DNA of 64,000 bases from Kiritimatiellia bacterium (GTDB lineage Bacteria; Verrucomicrobiota; Kiritimatiellia; JAKQHR01). Shown here in pieces: positions 18,516 to 28,515 of the stretch (its first letter is position 1; every line of letters starts with the position of its first letter). Location of the stretch: NCBI GenBank assembly GCA_050178035.1, contig JBFXGK010000019.1, forward strand, positions 54 through 64,053, given 5' to 3'. The translations under genes were made by a program, and so were the position numbers. The notes under the pieces were generated by a model that saw only the letters and a program-made list of their open reading frames with translations, ran no database searches and was not told the origin of the DNA.

Positions 18516-20655
18516 GATTTATCTTCATTCCGCTCCGAAGAGCATCCAGTGCGGCCAAGGTCACCAAGGTGGTGTCAAACAGGCAGTCAGCGGATATCGG
18601 CATTGGCCCGCCGGTCTCAACCGCTTGCACAAAGGCCTTCAGTTCATTCTTCTGACCCTTGTCCATACCGCCCTTCACAGTTTTCTTTTTGAGGCCGCTG
18701 AAGATGTGAAGGGATTCGAAATTAATCATTTGAAGCGTCATGCCCCCGCCGAATACTTCCAGAAACTCCTTGGGCACTTTGGGCGAACCCTGTGTCAGGT
18801 AGAGCAGGCTGGCCACGGAGCCGTTGTCGTACTCAACCGTTGCGATAATGTTCTCGCGCTCGTCTGCTGAAGGATTGTCCGGCGACAGAGCCGCTGCGGC
18901 CACAGACACCGGGCGCGCGCCGGTCAGGTATGCAAACACGTCAAGGAAATGTCCGGCCTCCCCCGCAAAACGTGTGCCCTCGCTCGCATCAACGTACCAT
19001 GATTTTGCATCAGTCTGCCCTGCATGCACTCGATAATTCAGAACCAGCGGAGTTTTGATCCCACTGATCTGCTCCTTCATGGCCCGAATAACGGGAGAAA
19101 ACCGGCGATTGAATCCCACCTGAAGACGATCGTTTCCGCTTTCAACAATAGCTCTTCGCACCTCTTCCACGCCCGCCAGATCAATGGCCAGCGGTTTTTC
19201 AACAAATACAGCCTTCCCGGCATGCAGCGCCTGCGTAGTCAGTTTCGCATGGGAAGCATGACGCGTGGCGATCAGGACGGCATTGGTTTCCCCGTCATTC
19301 AAAACAGCGGAAATATCCGTTCCACTGTTCTGGAATCCAAACTTGCGTGCGGCGTTCTGCGCCGTGAGGCTGGTGGTTGTAACAACCCGGCGCATCTCAA
19401 CCGACGGGTTGCCGGCCAGATGGGGGAGAAGCATGCTGGAGGCATAATTTCCCGCCCCGATCACCCCCAGTTTCACCGGCGCCGCCGTTGCGGGTTTTGC
19501 GGTTGGCAGCGAGGCGGGCTTTTCAGCAGGAACATTCTCATATTTGAAAACAAAACCCAGCCCGCGGATGGTGCCGTCGCCCACCTGCCCGAAGACGGAT
19601 TCCGCTTCGCTGAACGGATAGATGCTCGAAATGATCGGATCAAGCTTCATGCATCCGGAAGCCACCAGATCCAGAAACGACTGCATGTTCCGGTTCTCGG
19701 TCCAGCGCACATAGCCAATCGGATAATCCACGCCGCGCTCTTCATAGTTCGGGTCATAGCGGCCCGGCCCGTAGGAACGCGAGAAACGGAGTTCCATTTC
19801 CTTTTCGTAATAATCCTTCCAGGGGAGATCGAGATGCGTCTTGCCTATGTCAATCACGCGGCCGCGGTCGCGTGAAAGCTCGACGGCCAGTTCGGCGGGC
19901 TGTTTGCTGTCGCCGGCGGCGCAGATGAAAACGGCGTCGCAGCCGACACCGCGCGTGATTTGCCGCACCGCCGATTTCAATCCCGGATCGTCCGGTTTGC
20001 AGGCATTGAGCGCGCCAAGTTTGACAGCCAGTTCGCAGCGCTCCGCAGAAAGATCAATGCCCAGCGTCCGCACGCCGGCGGCGGCCAGTATCTGAACCAG
20101 AATCTGCCCCAGAAGACCAAGGCCAATCACGCAGGCGGTCTCGCCCAGGCGCATTTCCCCCTGCCGGAAACCCTGCATCGCGATCGCGCCGATGGTGGAA
20201 AAGGCGGCATGCTCCATGCGCACATCTTTCGGAACCGGAACCACCAGATTGCGAGGCACATAATTGATTTCTGCATGGTTCGCGTAACCCGCGCCCGCAC
20301 AGGCCACAGCCTGGCCCACGGTCAGGTCATTCACGCCCGCGCCCACGGCCGTCACCGTGCCGGAAACGGAATATCCCAGCGGAGTGAGCGCATCCAGCTT
20401 GTTCATGACTTTATCATAGGCCGCGCGCAGACCCTGCTGCTGCACCGTCTGCATGACCTTTTTCACCTGGTCCGGCCGAGCCTTGGCCATTTCGAGATAG
20501 GACATCTTCCCCTCGCGCACCTTCATGCCCTCCGTGCCGATGGAAATGACGCTGTATGCGGTTTTTACCAGCACGCCTCCCGACTTAAGCGCAGGCGAGC
20601 TCACATTCTCCAGTTTGATGGACCCGGTTTTATAGTTTTGAGATATCTGCTTCAT
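18493..20655 (-). CDS. Bi-domain oxidoreductase: zinc-type MDR dehydrogenase fused to Gfo/Idh/MocA NAD(P)-oxidoreductase
   Basis: N-terminal half has GroES-like and Rossmann regions (GLGLLGQ). C-terminal half has LGVIGAGNYA and EKPLA, typical of Gfo/Idh/MocA. Confidence 0.75.
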   Translation of the reverse strand: MKQISQNYKTGSIKLENVSSPALKSGGVLVKTAYSVISIGTEGMKVREGKMSYLEMAKARPDQVKKVMQTVQQQGLRAAYDKVMNKLDALTPLGYSVSGTVTAVGAGVNDLTVGQAVACAGAGYANHAEINYVPRNLVVPVPKDVRMEHAAFSTIGAIAMQGFRQGEMRLGETACVIGLGLLGQILVQILAAAGVRTLGIDLSAERCELAVKLGALNACKPDDPGLKSAVRQITRGVGCDAVFICAAGDSKQPAELAVELSRDRGRVIDIGKTHLDLPWKDYYEKEMELRFSRSYGPGRYDPNYEERGVDYPIGYVRWTENRNMQSFLDLVASGCMKLDPIISSIYPFSEAESVFGQVGDGTIRGLGFVFKYENVPAEKPASLPTAKPATAAPVKLGVIGAGNYASSMLLPHLAGNPSVEMRRVVTTTSLTAQNAARKFGFQNSGTDISAVLNDGETNAVLIATRHASHAKLTTQALHAGKAVFVEKPLAIDLAGVEEVRRAIVESGNDRLQVGFNRRFSPVIRAMKEQISGIKTPLVLNYRVHAGQTDAKSWYVDASEGTRFAGEAGHFLDVFAYLTGARPVSVAAAALSPDNPSADERENIIATVEYDNGSVASLLYLTQGSPKVPKEFLEVFGGGMTLQMINFESLHIFSGLKKKTVKGGMDKGQKNELKAFVQAVETGGPMPISADCLFDTTLVTLAALDALRSGMKINLADYWKS

Positions 20656-22325
20656 TTTGGCCCTGCCTTTTCATTCCAGTCAATGTGCAACCAATCAGGC
20701 TGAACATAAACAACACATCTTCCGTTCCATACAAAGGAATCACCCGGCTTCATGTTCTTAACCATCATTTCCCATTGCCCGATTCGATTGTCCGGAACCT
20801 CGTATCCCAGCAAATAATGAAACCAGTTCTGCCCCTGACTCCACTGCCCCAGCTGCACAAAATCGGGCCTGACGGCCTCCAGATAATCATCGAACCGGGG
20901 CATGCCGGTTTCTGGATCTATATATTCAAGGATCTTTCCCGAAGTTCTGCCATCCAGGCTCAGCACCACTATTCGCTCATCAACATAATGCCTCAGCTGC
21001 ACCTCTGTAACCGCAACCCGAGCCGTATTTGTCAGCGGACAGTTCAAATGAGTCAGCAGACGATCCGTGTATTCCTCCCGCTGCTTGTCGGCATGCATTA
21101 CTCGCACCAGATTCCCCCCATAGCCTTTAATCCTTATAATCCTGCGATAGTAATCAATTCCGCTGCCGGCCAGCATATATCCCGCGGCGAGCAAAATAAT
21201 CATCGTGCGCGTCGTCTCGCCAATCCGGCTGCGACTGCGCAGCTCGGCAAGGTCCAGCCCACGGATACCCGCGACAAAGAATGGCGGAAACACAACCAGA
21301 AAATATCGCCCGAAATGATCAGCTCCCACCACAAAGGTATAGAATGCAATTCCCGCAAGAATAACGGCCATTGACAGATATTCGATCAAATGACGACCCA
21401 CATGTTCCCTCCAGTCCGTTCTTTCAGAGAGATATATCCGGCAAAGTGTGACAACCCAGTACACAACACCCAGTGAAAGCGGGGTAAAAAATAGAAGCAG
21501 GGTAACCAGCGCCTTGGGATGGAAATACAGGCAACCGGGAATAAGCGTGATCGAAGCCCTCCGCCCGGCGTACATGCGCGCAAGAGATGAATCCGTAAAA
21601 ACCCGCCCGGTGATCTTGTACTGATACAGGTACCACGGATACAGAACCAGCACCGCGAAAACAGCGCACACTGCCACTCCCGCAATGCCATCCAGCCATC
21701 CCCGCAGCACAACCATGCGATACAGGAAATAGAGCGCAAACACCAGCAGGCACAGCGCGCCGCCATCCGGCCGCGTCAGCAGCGCCCAGCCAAGCAGAAG
21801 GCCCATGGCCGCGCCACCCGCGACGCTTTGCTTTGCGGAGCGCGCACATCCGGCCGCAAGAACCAGAGAAGACAGAACCTGAAATGCCGACAGGATGTTT
21901 TCCAAACCCGACAGGGCATTTGCCAGCACAGGAACACAGAACAGCCATAGAACAAGAAGCAGCCGGGCGAAGCGCTGCCGCACCGAAAAATACCTGCCCG
22001 CAACATGCCAGAGCAGAAGAGCAATGAGAAAATATATTGTGCTACACAATATCTTCAGGAACAGGACGGCGGCAGATCCCGACATCATCATCAATGCCAC
22101 CAGCATCAGCGTCCAAAAGGGGCTTGTCGAAGCAACCACAACTTCGTCTGCGTTGTATGTGAAGGGATGTCCCTCCACAAAACGCTCAGCGACTGCCAGA
22201 TGGACCTGGGCATCTCCCGCAATCTGCAGAAAGAACGGAATGAAGATCACCAAATATGCGAACAGCGCAAGAACCGCCAGCATCAGATGCGCCATCCGGA
22301 TATTGACCTGTAAAATCCTGTTCAT
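20652..22325 (-). CDS. Polytopic membrane protein with C-terminal soluble domain (GT-C-like glycosyltransferase/polymerase candidate)
   Basis: About 11 predicted TM helices in the first ~370 aa, then a ~180-aa globular tail. No confident family assignment. Confidence 0.55.
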   Translation of the reverse strand: MNRILQVNIRMAHLMLAVLALFAYLVIFIPFFLQIAGDAQVHLAVAERFVEGHPFTYNADEVVVASTSPFWTLMLVALMMMSGSAAVLFLKILCSTIYFLIALLLWHVAGRYFSVRQRFARLLLVLWLFCVPVLANALSGLENILSAFQVLSSLVLAAGCARSAKQSVAGGAAMGLLLGWALLTRPDGGALCLLVFALYFLYRMVVLRGWLDGIAGVAVCAVFAVLVLYPWYLYQYKITGRVFTDSSLARMYAGRRASITLIPGCLYFHPKALVTLLLFFTPLSLGVVYWVVTLCRIYLSERTDWREHVGRHLIEYLSMAVILAGIAFYTFVVGADHFGRYFLVVFPPFFVAGIRGLDLAELRSRSRIGETTRTMIILLAAGYMLAGSGIDYYRRIIRIKGYGGNLVRVMHADKQREEYTDRLLTHLNCPLTNTARVAVTEVQLRHYVDERIVVLSLDGRTSGKILEYIDPETGMPRFDDYLEAVRPDFVQLGQWSQGQNWFHYLLGYEVPDNRIGQWEMMVKNMKPGDSFVWNGRCVVYVQPDWLHIDWNEKAGPK

Positions 22326-23722
22326 ATTGTCTTCGCCTGCTTCATGTTTGAATTAATAAACCTGAACTTCCCATTCGGAGCACGCGGAATTGCATCCACA
22401 TACTCAAACCGGATGCCGATCTCATTTCCAAGCCTTATCCGGGCTTCCTGCATGATAAGCTTCTCGTCGCGCTCCGTATAAAATGATTTTTTAACTATTC
22501 TAAGAACCACCTCTTCCCGGCGGTCCTGGCATATCTGCGCCTCAGCCACATTCACGCTGTCCTTGAAAAGGTGATCCAGGCGGCCGACCATCCGGCCATC
22601 CGGCGTCAGAATGTAATCTTCGACGCGGCCAAGCACCTTGTCCACAAGGATGCCGGCACGCCCGCAGGCCGGTTCCTGTTTTGCGGAAAGGGTGACCACA
22701 TCGCCGACCTCATAGCGGATCAGCGGGAACGCAGGGTTTCCGAATCCCGTGCAGACCAGCCGGCCGGTTTCGCCGGGGCCACAGGGCTTGTCGTCATCGT
22801 TCAGCACCTCAACAAAGCTGTGCTCCAGCTTCATGTGCATTTCTCCGCACTCGCATTCCACAATATTGGCGCATATTTCCGTGTTGCCGTACCAGTTGAA
22901 CACCTTGCATCCGAACATTTCGCTGATCAGTGCGCGCTGGAAATCCAGCAGCGTCTCGGAAAACGTGTAGACCGCTTTCGGCCGCACCGCGCATCCGCCG
23001 AGTCTCTGCGCCTCAAGCGCCAGCAGATATATGGAAGACGGATACCCGCCGAGCATCACAGGCTGAAACCGTTCCAATTCGTGAATATAGTGCGGAAGAT
23101 TGCGTTCCGACATATGATAGGACGACATGAACAGATGATTGTTTGCATGATCATAAGTCCAGAACGGCGGCTTTATCTGACCCGGGCCGGTCACAGGATG
23201 TCCCGCGCAAAACGCAAACGGCCGGCGATTCAACAAACTGACGCGCCCCCATGAATAATGAATCTGCTTGTAGGCATATTCACGTTGAAAACAGCTGTTG
23301 GCCATTGGGAACACCAGCGCCTGTCCGGTTGTGCCGCTGGTGTGCACCATCCGATGGGGTATTTCCTTCAGATCAGAATTGATGAACTCGCGCGGACTGT
23401 TTTTCACAATGGATTTCGACAGCAAAGGCAGCCCAGAAAGATCTCCGGTCCTGGCCGCATCGACATATTCCGGCCGAGAAGCATAGTGCGGAGTCACGGG
23501 AACCATCTTCCGCAGAAACTGCGCGGTCTGCGCCTGCTGATAGGCCAGCAGAGACTCTCGCGGCCAGAACTGCAGTTGTAGCAGCAGCGCAAGATTGCTC
23601 ACGAAGTCGTCGCCATAGCGGGCATGCCGCTGCTGCAGGCCATAGGCGGTTGTTATCACGTTCTTTACAACTGCCGGCGACACATTGTACAGCCGCTGTC
23701 TAATTCCCGTTCCGTAACTCAT
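22322..23722 (-). CDS. CapK/PaaK-like adenylate-forming enzyme (coenzyme F390 synthetase family)
   Basis: HTSGTTGQ AMP-binding P-loop motif. Start set at MSYGTG (TAATG overlap with the upstream stop) rather than the track start at 23788. Confidence 0.7.
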   Translation of the reverse strand: MSYGTGIRQRLYNVSPAVVKNVITTAYGLQQRHARYGDDFVSNLALLLQLQFWPRESLLAYQQAQTAQFLRKMVPVTPHYASRPEYVDAARTGDLSGLPLLSKSIVKNSPREFINSDLKEIPHRMVHTSGTTGQALVFPMANSCFQREYAYKQIHYSWGRVSLLNRRPFAFCAGHPVTGPGQIKPPFWTYDHANNHLFMSSYHMSERNLPHYIHELERFQPVMLGGYPSSIYLLALEAQRLGGCAVRPKAVYTFSETLLDFQRALISEMFGCKVFNWYGNTEICANIVECECGEMHMKLEHSFVEVLNDDDKPCGPGETGRLVCTGFGNPAFPLIRYEVGDVVTLSAKQEPACGRAGILVDKVLGRVEDYILTPDGRMVGRLDHLFKDSVNVAEAQICQDRREEVVLRIVKKSFYTERDEKLIMQEARIRLGNEIGIRFEYVDAIPRAPNGKFRFINSNMKQAKTI

Positions 23723-25284
23723 TCGAGTTCCACATGCCCCGCCCAGCCGAAATGCGGGCGAAAATTGAGCAGCCTGTCCTTCGTCCATTTGTTAGGATCG
23801 CCAGACCAGCCGCTTTCATTGCTCACGACAGAAACATCTCCCGCGGCCAGCATCATATCGTGATGATCAAAGGCCCGCTTCACAAGGGGCAGTTTGTTTT
23901 CATCAAAGCCCATGATCCGGGCGCAGACGGCATCCACGGCCGCCGGATTGTCTCCGGCAATAATCAGGCCGGCGGGCCGCGCATCGCCGGCCACGGGACC
24001 ATTCCCCTCCATGGCGACAATGCCATCCACCACGGAAAGAAATCTTTTGGGCTCTCCGACAAACTTTCCGCCGGGTCTGCCATAGAAAAGGATGCGGTTC
24101 AAATCGAGGCACATTCTCCACACCGTGTCATTGCCATGCCAGTTGCCCGACCGCACCACCTCCTCGGTGCCGCCAAAGATTTTGTAGGCCAGTTTTTTCA
24201 GGCGGCGGGCGGCGGTCTGCATAAGGCGGCTGTGATTCATCAGTCCTTTTTTTGCAGCAAGCACCAGAGAATTTTCCAGGCGGCCACGGGCGCGAGCCTT
24301 GTCAAACTGATCGCCCCCGTTTTCCGGGGCGCCGATTACATAATGCGGCAGGCAGTTCTTGTTGGCATTGATGCCCACGAGACTCTTCAGGTTCACGGTC
24401 AGGCCGCATTTTTTATGCGTCTTGAGCTTGGGAACGCTGATAAACACATCCGCCGCCAGCGGCGAATTTGAAACTTCATATTCATGCTTCCCGCTGCTGT
24501 GATGGCGGTTGGTTTCCGCCACATCGTAATAGGCTCCGTAATAGGTTCTGCCTGCCCTGTCGTATTCCGCGAACATGCTGTTCGCACCCAAGTCGAAAAG
24601 CGACTTCCCGGCCGGATCACCTTTCAGCCTGATCCGGTCCGTGTAAATTCCGTCCTTCTCTATCCAGTGCTCGTCGCGCAGATCAATCAGCTCAATTTCA
24701 AATTGTTTCTGTTCCGCGTAGAGTTTGCGGATTTCATTCAGGCCCATGCGCTCCGTGATGAGATCCCATTTTGAATCTGTCTGAGGCCCGTCACCGATCT
24801 GAATGCGGCCCCGGCCTTGAAGCGCAATGTATACATAATCCACCACGGCACGAATCACCGAGCCATGCGTGATCACATAATCCCAGTCGTCGCACAGGCT
24901 GTGTTTATGGGCAATCATGTTGGGCTTGATGAAAACGGTCTCGCCCGGCCTGATCAGCCAGCCCAGCGGATTCCACGCGGCCGTGTTCCAATGAGGCAGA
25001 TCGTATCCAAGCAAATGGAAAGTGTCCCGCACGGCTTCATAAATCGTATTGGGCTGCGCCGCGCGCCCGCGCGTCAGCAGTTCCGGACAGGATTCAGACG
25101 GATGATACGGCGGCGCGGCGGGATACCGGCTGTCAGGTTTGTATGTGAGACCAACTTTCACAGAAAGCGGTCGCGACCCGGTTTTCGCCAAAGGCTTCGG
25201 CGTGGCAAGCGGAGCGCGACCCTCCAAATATAATATTTCCAGAAATTCACGATAATTTACCAAATTTAGGCAGAATTTGGCCAT
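23719..25284 (-). CDS. DUF362-family protein (uncharacterised, possibly Fe-S associated)
   Basis: VFIKPN, KTHKKCGLTVNLKSLVG and VDGIVAMEGNGP segments resemble DUF362 signature blocks. Confidence 0.55.
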   Translation of the reverse strand: MAKFCLNLVNYREFLEILYLEGRAPLATPKPLAKTGSRPLSVKVGLTYKPDSRYPAAPPYHPSESCPELLTRGRAAQPNTIYEAVRDTFHLLGYDLPHWNTAAWNPLGWLIRPGETVFIKPNMIAHKHSLCDDWDYVITHGSVIRAVVDYVYIALQGRGRIQIGDGPQTDSKWDLITERMGLNEIRKLYAEQKQFEIELIDLRDEHWIEKDGIYTDRIRLKGDPAGKSLFDLGANSMFAEYDRAGRTYYGAYYDVAETNRHHSSGKHEYEVSNSPLAADVFISVPKLKTHKKCGLTVNLKSLVGINANKNCLPHYVIGAPENGGDQFDKARARGRLENSLVLAAKKGLMNHSRLMQTAARRLKKLAYKIFGGTEEVVRSGNWHGNDTVWRMCLDLNRILFYGRPGGKFVGEPKRFLSVVDGIVAMEGNGPVAGDARPAGLIIAGDNPAAVDAVCARIMGFDENKLPLVKRAFDHHDMMLAAGDVSVVSNESGWSGDPNKWTKDRLLNFRPHFGWAGHVELE

Positions 25285-25345
25285 TTTTGGCCATTTTCAG
25301 GCTAATTATAACGATTTTTGGCATTATTCAGCCTTTTTTCATGAA
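25225..25345. repeat. Phased T-tract tandem repeat, copy B
   Basis: aatttaggcagaatttggccatttttggccattttcaggctaattataacgatttttggcattattcagccttttttc, with 10-11-bp periodicity. Located upstream of the 25284 start. Confidence 0.55.
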
Positions 25346-25361
25346 TTGTCGGCCTTCTGCA

Positions 25362-27197
25362 TCAAAGCTGTTTCGCACGATAAAAACCGGTCGTGCGGGC
25401 CGAATTTGTGTCTGACAGAAATATCGATGGAGTTGAAGAGGTGATTGGCCCGCCTTCGACCATCCAGCCGCCGGTCAGCAGATTTGAACTGAACTCAAGC
25501 GCATAAACGTAGCCGCTTACAACGCCATCCAGCGTATAGCCTATATTTGTCGGGCTTAAAATCAATCCACTCCCCCTCAATGATCTTTCATCATATCCCA
25601 GATCGGGAGCCGCCCCGAAAATGCGCGGCTGATAGTCCCCGTCCACCGAAACGGTAAGCCACATACCCGTGGCGCCGGCATCAATGCACGGGGAATCCCA
25701 CGCCAGATGAAAATCATTGCTCAGCGCATTCACAAAGCGCGGATCAATCACAATACTGTTTGAATCCATGCCTGTCGCTGCTGTCCAGTTACTCAGGCTG
25801 TTGAAGGCCACGTCAGGAGAAGGGGAGATGCGGTTCCAGCCAAATGCCAGCATTCCATTGGTTGTGAAATAACAATTGTGGTCAACAATGTTATCCACAA
25901 CATTAGAGCCGTCCTCCTCGCGGATGGAAATTTCATTCGTCAGGCTCAGATAAATGATGTTGTTATAAAACCGATTTCCGCGCATAGGCCACGGATTGCC
26001 GTAGGGGTCATAACGCGTTGGCGCAAAGTACAAACTCACAGCATAACTTCCGCGCGCTCCGATGATTGTGTTGTTATAGACATGATTGCTTTCCGCCGAG
26101 GTAATCAAAATGCTCCGGCCGCCGTTGTTGACCACCAGGTTGTTGTAAACCCGGGCATTTTTGCTCACTTCAATCATAATGCCTTCACCAGCGTTATCAT
26201 AAACATAGTTGTGACACACCACCAGCGCTCCGCCCGACCTGCAGTAATCAAACCAGATTCCAACCCCCTTGTTCCATGCAACCGTGCAGTTGCTCACCAC
26301 CCCATAGTAAGGTATAGTTTTCAGCCCGCCGGAACCCCATCCCGGCAGAAATGACCTGTAGCCATTGCTGACGACCAGACACGAGGAAATCTCACTGTTG
26401 TCCATCATCCCGCCGCCCATTACGCCATTGCAGGCCAGCACACAGCCCGTGGCTCTTGAATCAAAGCCCAGTGACAGTCCCGCCAGATCGCACCATTGAA
26501 TGTCACACTTAGACACCAGGGCATTCCCTCCCGAAAACACGCCGGGCAAGCCGCTGGTATAGGTGCAGGAATTTGAATGGCGGAAAGTCAGATTCTCCAG
26601 AACCAGCCAGCTGTTCGTCCGGTTGTCCCCGTTAAATATATACCGATTCGTGCTGGCCTCCATGATGCTCCCGTTCGGATCTGAATTGTCCGCCAGCCAC
26701 ACATATAAAGAGAGTGTATTCGTATCGTAGAAGAAAGAACCCTGTGTCATGTCTTCGCGGTTGGTCCCCACAGGAATATAGTAAGGATGCTTTGGCACCA
26801 AACCAATCTGCTGCAAAACCGCCCCGTCGTCAAACACCTGCTGCGGATTGATGGGCCAGTTTGTTCTATACCACACATAATCCTGATCAAAAGCCCAGCC
26901 CGTCACCACGGCGGATCCTTTCAGAACCGGCCGTTCATTTTCGTATGCCTTGAAGGTGATCGGCTGCCCCGGGAGTCCGAAGTTGGTGATTATAATCAAT
27001 TCTCTATAGTTCCCGCCGCGGATGTGAATTGTGTCGCCCGGCTGCGCCAGGCCGGCCGCCTTGCCAATGCCGCGGAATGGAGAACCCAAAGACATCCCAT
27101 CGTTAACAAAGTCATTTCCATTGGTGGCCACATAATAGTCGGCCGCGATGGCCATTCCGCAAAACAGCGCGATCATCATTCCCGCCAGAATCCTCAT
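25362..27197 (-). CDS. Secreted right-handed parallel beta-helix protein (polysaccharide lyase/epimerase/hydrolase-like)
   Basis: Signal peptide MRILAGMMIALFCGMAIA, taken as the start. Repeated N.V.NN.G PbH1-type rungs (VYNNLVVNNGGRSILI, VYNNTIIG). Confidence 0.65.
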   Translation of the reverse strand: MRILAGMMIALFCGMAIAADYYVATNGNDFVNDGMSLGSPFRGIGKAAGLAQPGDTIHIRGGNYRELIIITNFGLPGQPITFKAYENERPVLKGSAVVTGWAFDQDYVWYRTNWPINPQQVFDDGAVLQQIGLVPKHPYYIPVGTNREDMTQGSFFYDTNTLSLYVWLADNSDPNGSIMEASTNRYIFNGDNRTNSWLVLENLTFRHSNSCTYTSGLPGVFSGGNALVSKCDIQWCDLAGLSLGFDSRATGCVLACNGVMGGGMMDNSEISSCLVVSNGYRSFLPGWGSGGLKTIPYYGVVSNCTVAWNKGVGIWFDYCRSGGALVVCHNYVYDNAGEGIMIEVSKNARVYNNLVVNNGGRSILITSAESNHVYNNTIIGARGSYAVSLYFAPTRYDPYGNPWPMRGNRFYNNIIYLSLTNEISIREEDGSNVVDNIVDHNCYFTTNGMLAFGWNRISPSPDVAFNSLSNWTAATGMDSNSIVIDPRFVNALSNDFHLAWDSPCIDAGATGMWLTVSVDGDYQPRIFGAAPDLGYDERSLRGSGLILSPTNIGYTLDGVVSGYVYALEFSSNLLTGGWMVEGGPITSSTPSIFLSDTNSARTTGFYRAKQL

Positions 27198-28381
27198 CTG
27201 CACCCCGCCTTCCGATACGCCTGTTCTGTTTTTTCCATAACCCGGTTCCACGAATATACACCCGCCGCTTTGGCCGCGCCATTTCTACCCATCATTTCCA
27301 TCTGCTCCGGATGGTCCAGCAGCCAGCAGATTTTCTCGGCAATGTCGTTCGGATCCTGCCCGACGAGCAGACCGTTCACCCCGTTGTCGATCACGCTGGC
27401 GACAGAGGGAATGCCGCAGCCGATCACCGGTTTATTAAAGCACCAGGCTTCGACATATACTATGCCAAAGCTCTCCTGCAAAGAAGGCATGCAAAAAACA
27501 GAGCAGGCTGAGAGCGCATCCGTTTTTTCCTGAGGAGACACCTCGACAATGCGGTGCACGCGAGTCTCAGCAGCGAACAGTTCATAGTGCTTTTCGGACC
27601 CCCCCACCGGCGTGCCCATGAACACAAAGTGGACATCCGGGAACCGCGCCCACACCGCTGGCATCGCCTGCAGCAGCTGGCGGTACCCCTTGTAGTCGAA
27701 ATGCTGAGCCAGAAACAGCACGAAGGGACCCGTTATGCCGTTTCGGGCAAGAAATTGGGCGGGAAAAGAATGTTCTTCCACAAAGGGTCCGGCGCCGGCA
27801 ACGGTGATGCGGCTTTCATCCACGCCCAGTTCCACCAGCAGAGTTTTTTCCCCTTCCGAGAGAGAGATAACCGCATCCGCCTCGCGGTAGATTTTTATGA
27901 ATTCCCGATGCCGCCATGTTTTCCAGCGCGGATGATGAACGGGGCTCAGCACAAATGGAACATTCTTCTTCCGGGCCAGGTCCAGCGATGCCCTGCTCAA
28001 TCCCTCGCGACCGATACGAATATTATGTATAAGATCAACGCCATCCGAATAACGCTCGAGCCCTCGTTCAATCACCCGGGCAATGCGAGGAAGAGCCAAC
28101 GGCATCAATGGATAGTATGAGGCTACAAATGGCACCATCTTCAGCTTTTCCTTCAGGGAAAATCCGAGCTTGTTGACTTCGACGCCGTCCACCGCATAGG
28201 ATATGTCTTCACGAGGTGTGCGAAGGGTGGTGCCAAGAAGCCAGTCCGACCTGTTCTGATCCCAATGAGTCACCACGCACACGCCGTGATTTCGCGCGAA
28301 CAATTGCGCAGTTTTATGAATCAGCGCCTGCGCGCCGCCTTTGCAGGGAGGATAGGTCGTGCTGGTGTACAATATTTTCAT
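27194..28381 (-). CDS. Glycosyltransferase family 4
   Basis: GT4 fold. C-terminal SLQESFGIVYVEAWCFNKPVIG matches the E..G.....EA.a.G.PvI motif. Confidence 0.8.
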   Translation of the reverse strand: MKILYTSTTYPPCKGGAQALIHKTAQLFARNHGVCVVTHWDQNRSDWLLGTTLRTPREDISYAVDGVEVNKLGFSLKEKLKMVPFVASYYPLMPLALPRIARVIERGLERYSDGVDLIHNIRIGREGLSRASLDLARKKNVPFVLSPVHHPRWKTWRHREFIKIYREADAVISLSEGEKTLLVELGVDESRITVAGAGPFVEEHSFPAQFLARNGITGPFVLFLAQHFDYKGYRQLLQAMPAVWARFPDVHFVFMGTPVGGSEKHYELFAAETRVHRIVEVSPQEKTDALSACSVFCMPSLQESFGIVYVEAWCFNKPVIGCGIPSVASVIDNGVNGLLVGQDPNDIAEKICWLLDHPEQMEMMGRNGAAKAAGVYSWNRVMEKTEQAYRKAGCR

Positions 28382-28515
28382 ATAAATGTGATCTGGAACT
28401 CAAGAAAGCAAAATATGAAGAATATCCCGCACGGAGGCACAGAGACACGGAGATATGCATTCCTATTGATCTAGTAAATCCTGTCTAAAGAAACGCTTCT
28501 TGTATACAAATTTAC

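Noticed and set aside
19024-21374. Several + strand ORFs (19024-19875, 19960-20703, 20685-21374) opposite the oxidoreductase and membrane-protein genes
   Set aside because: Antisense shadows. His/Arg/Gln-rich translations with no domain signatures.
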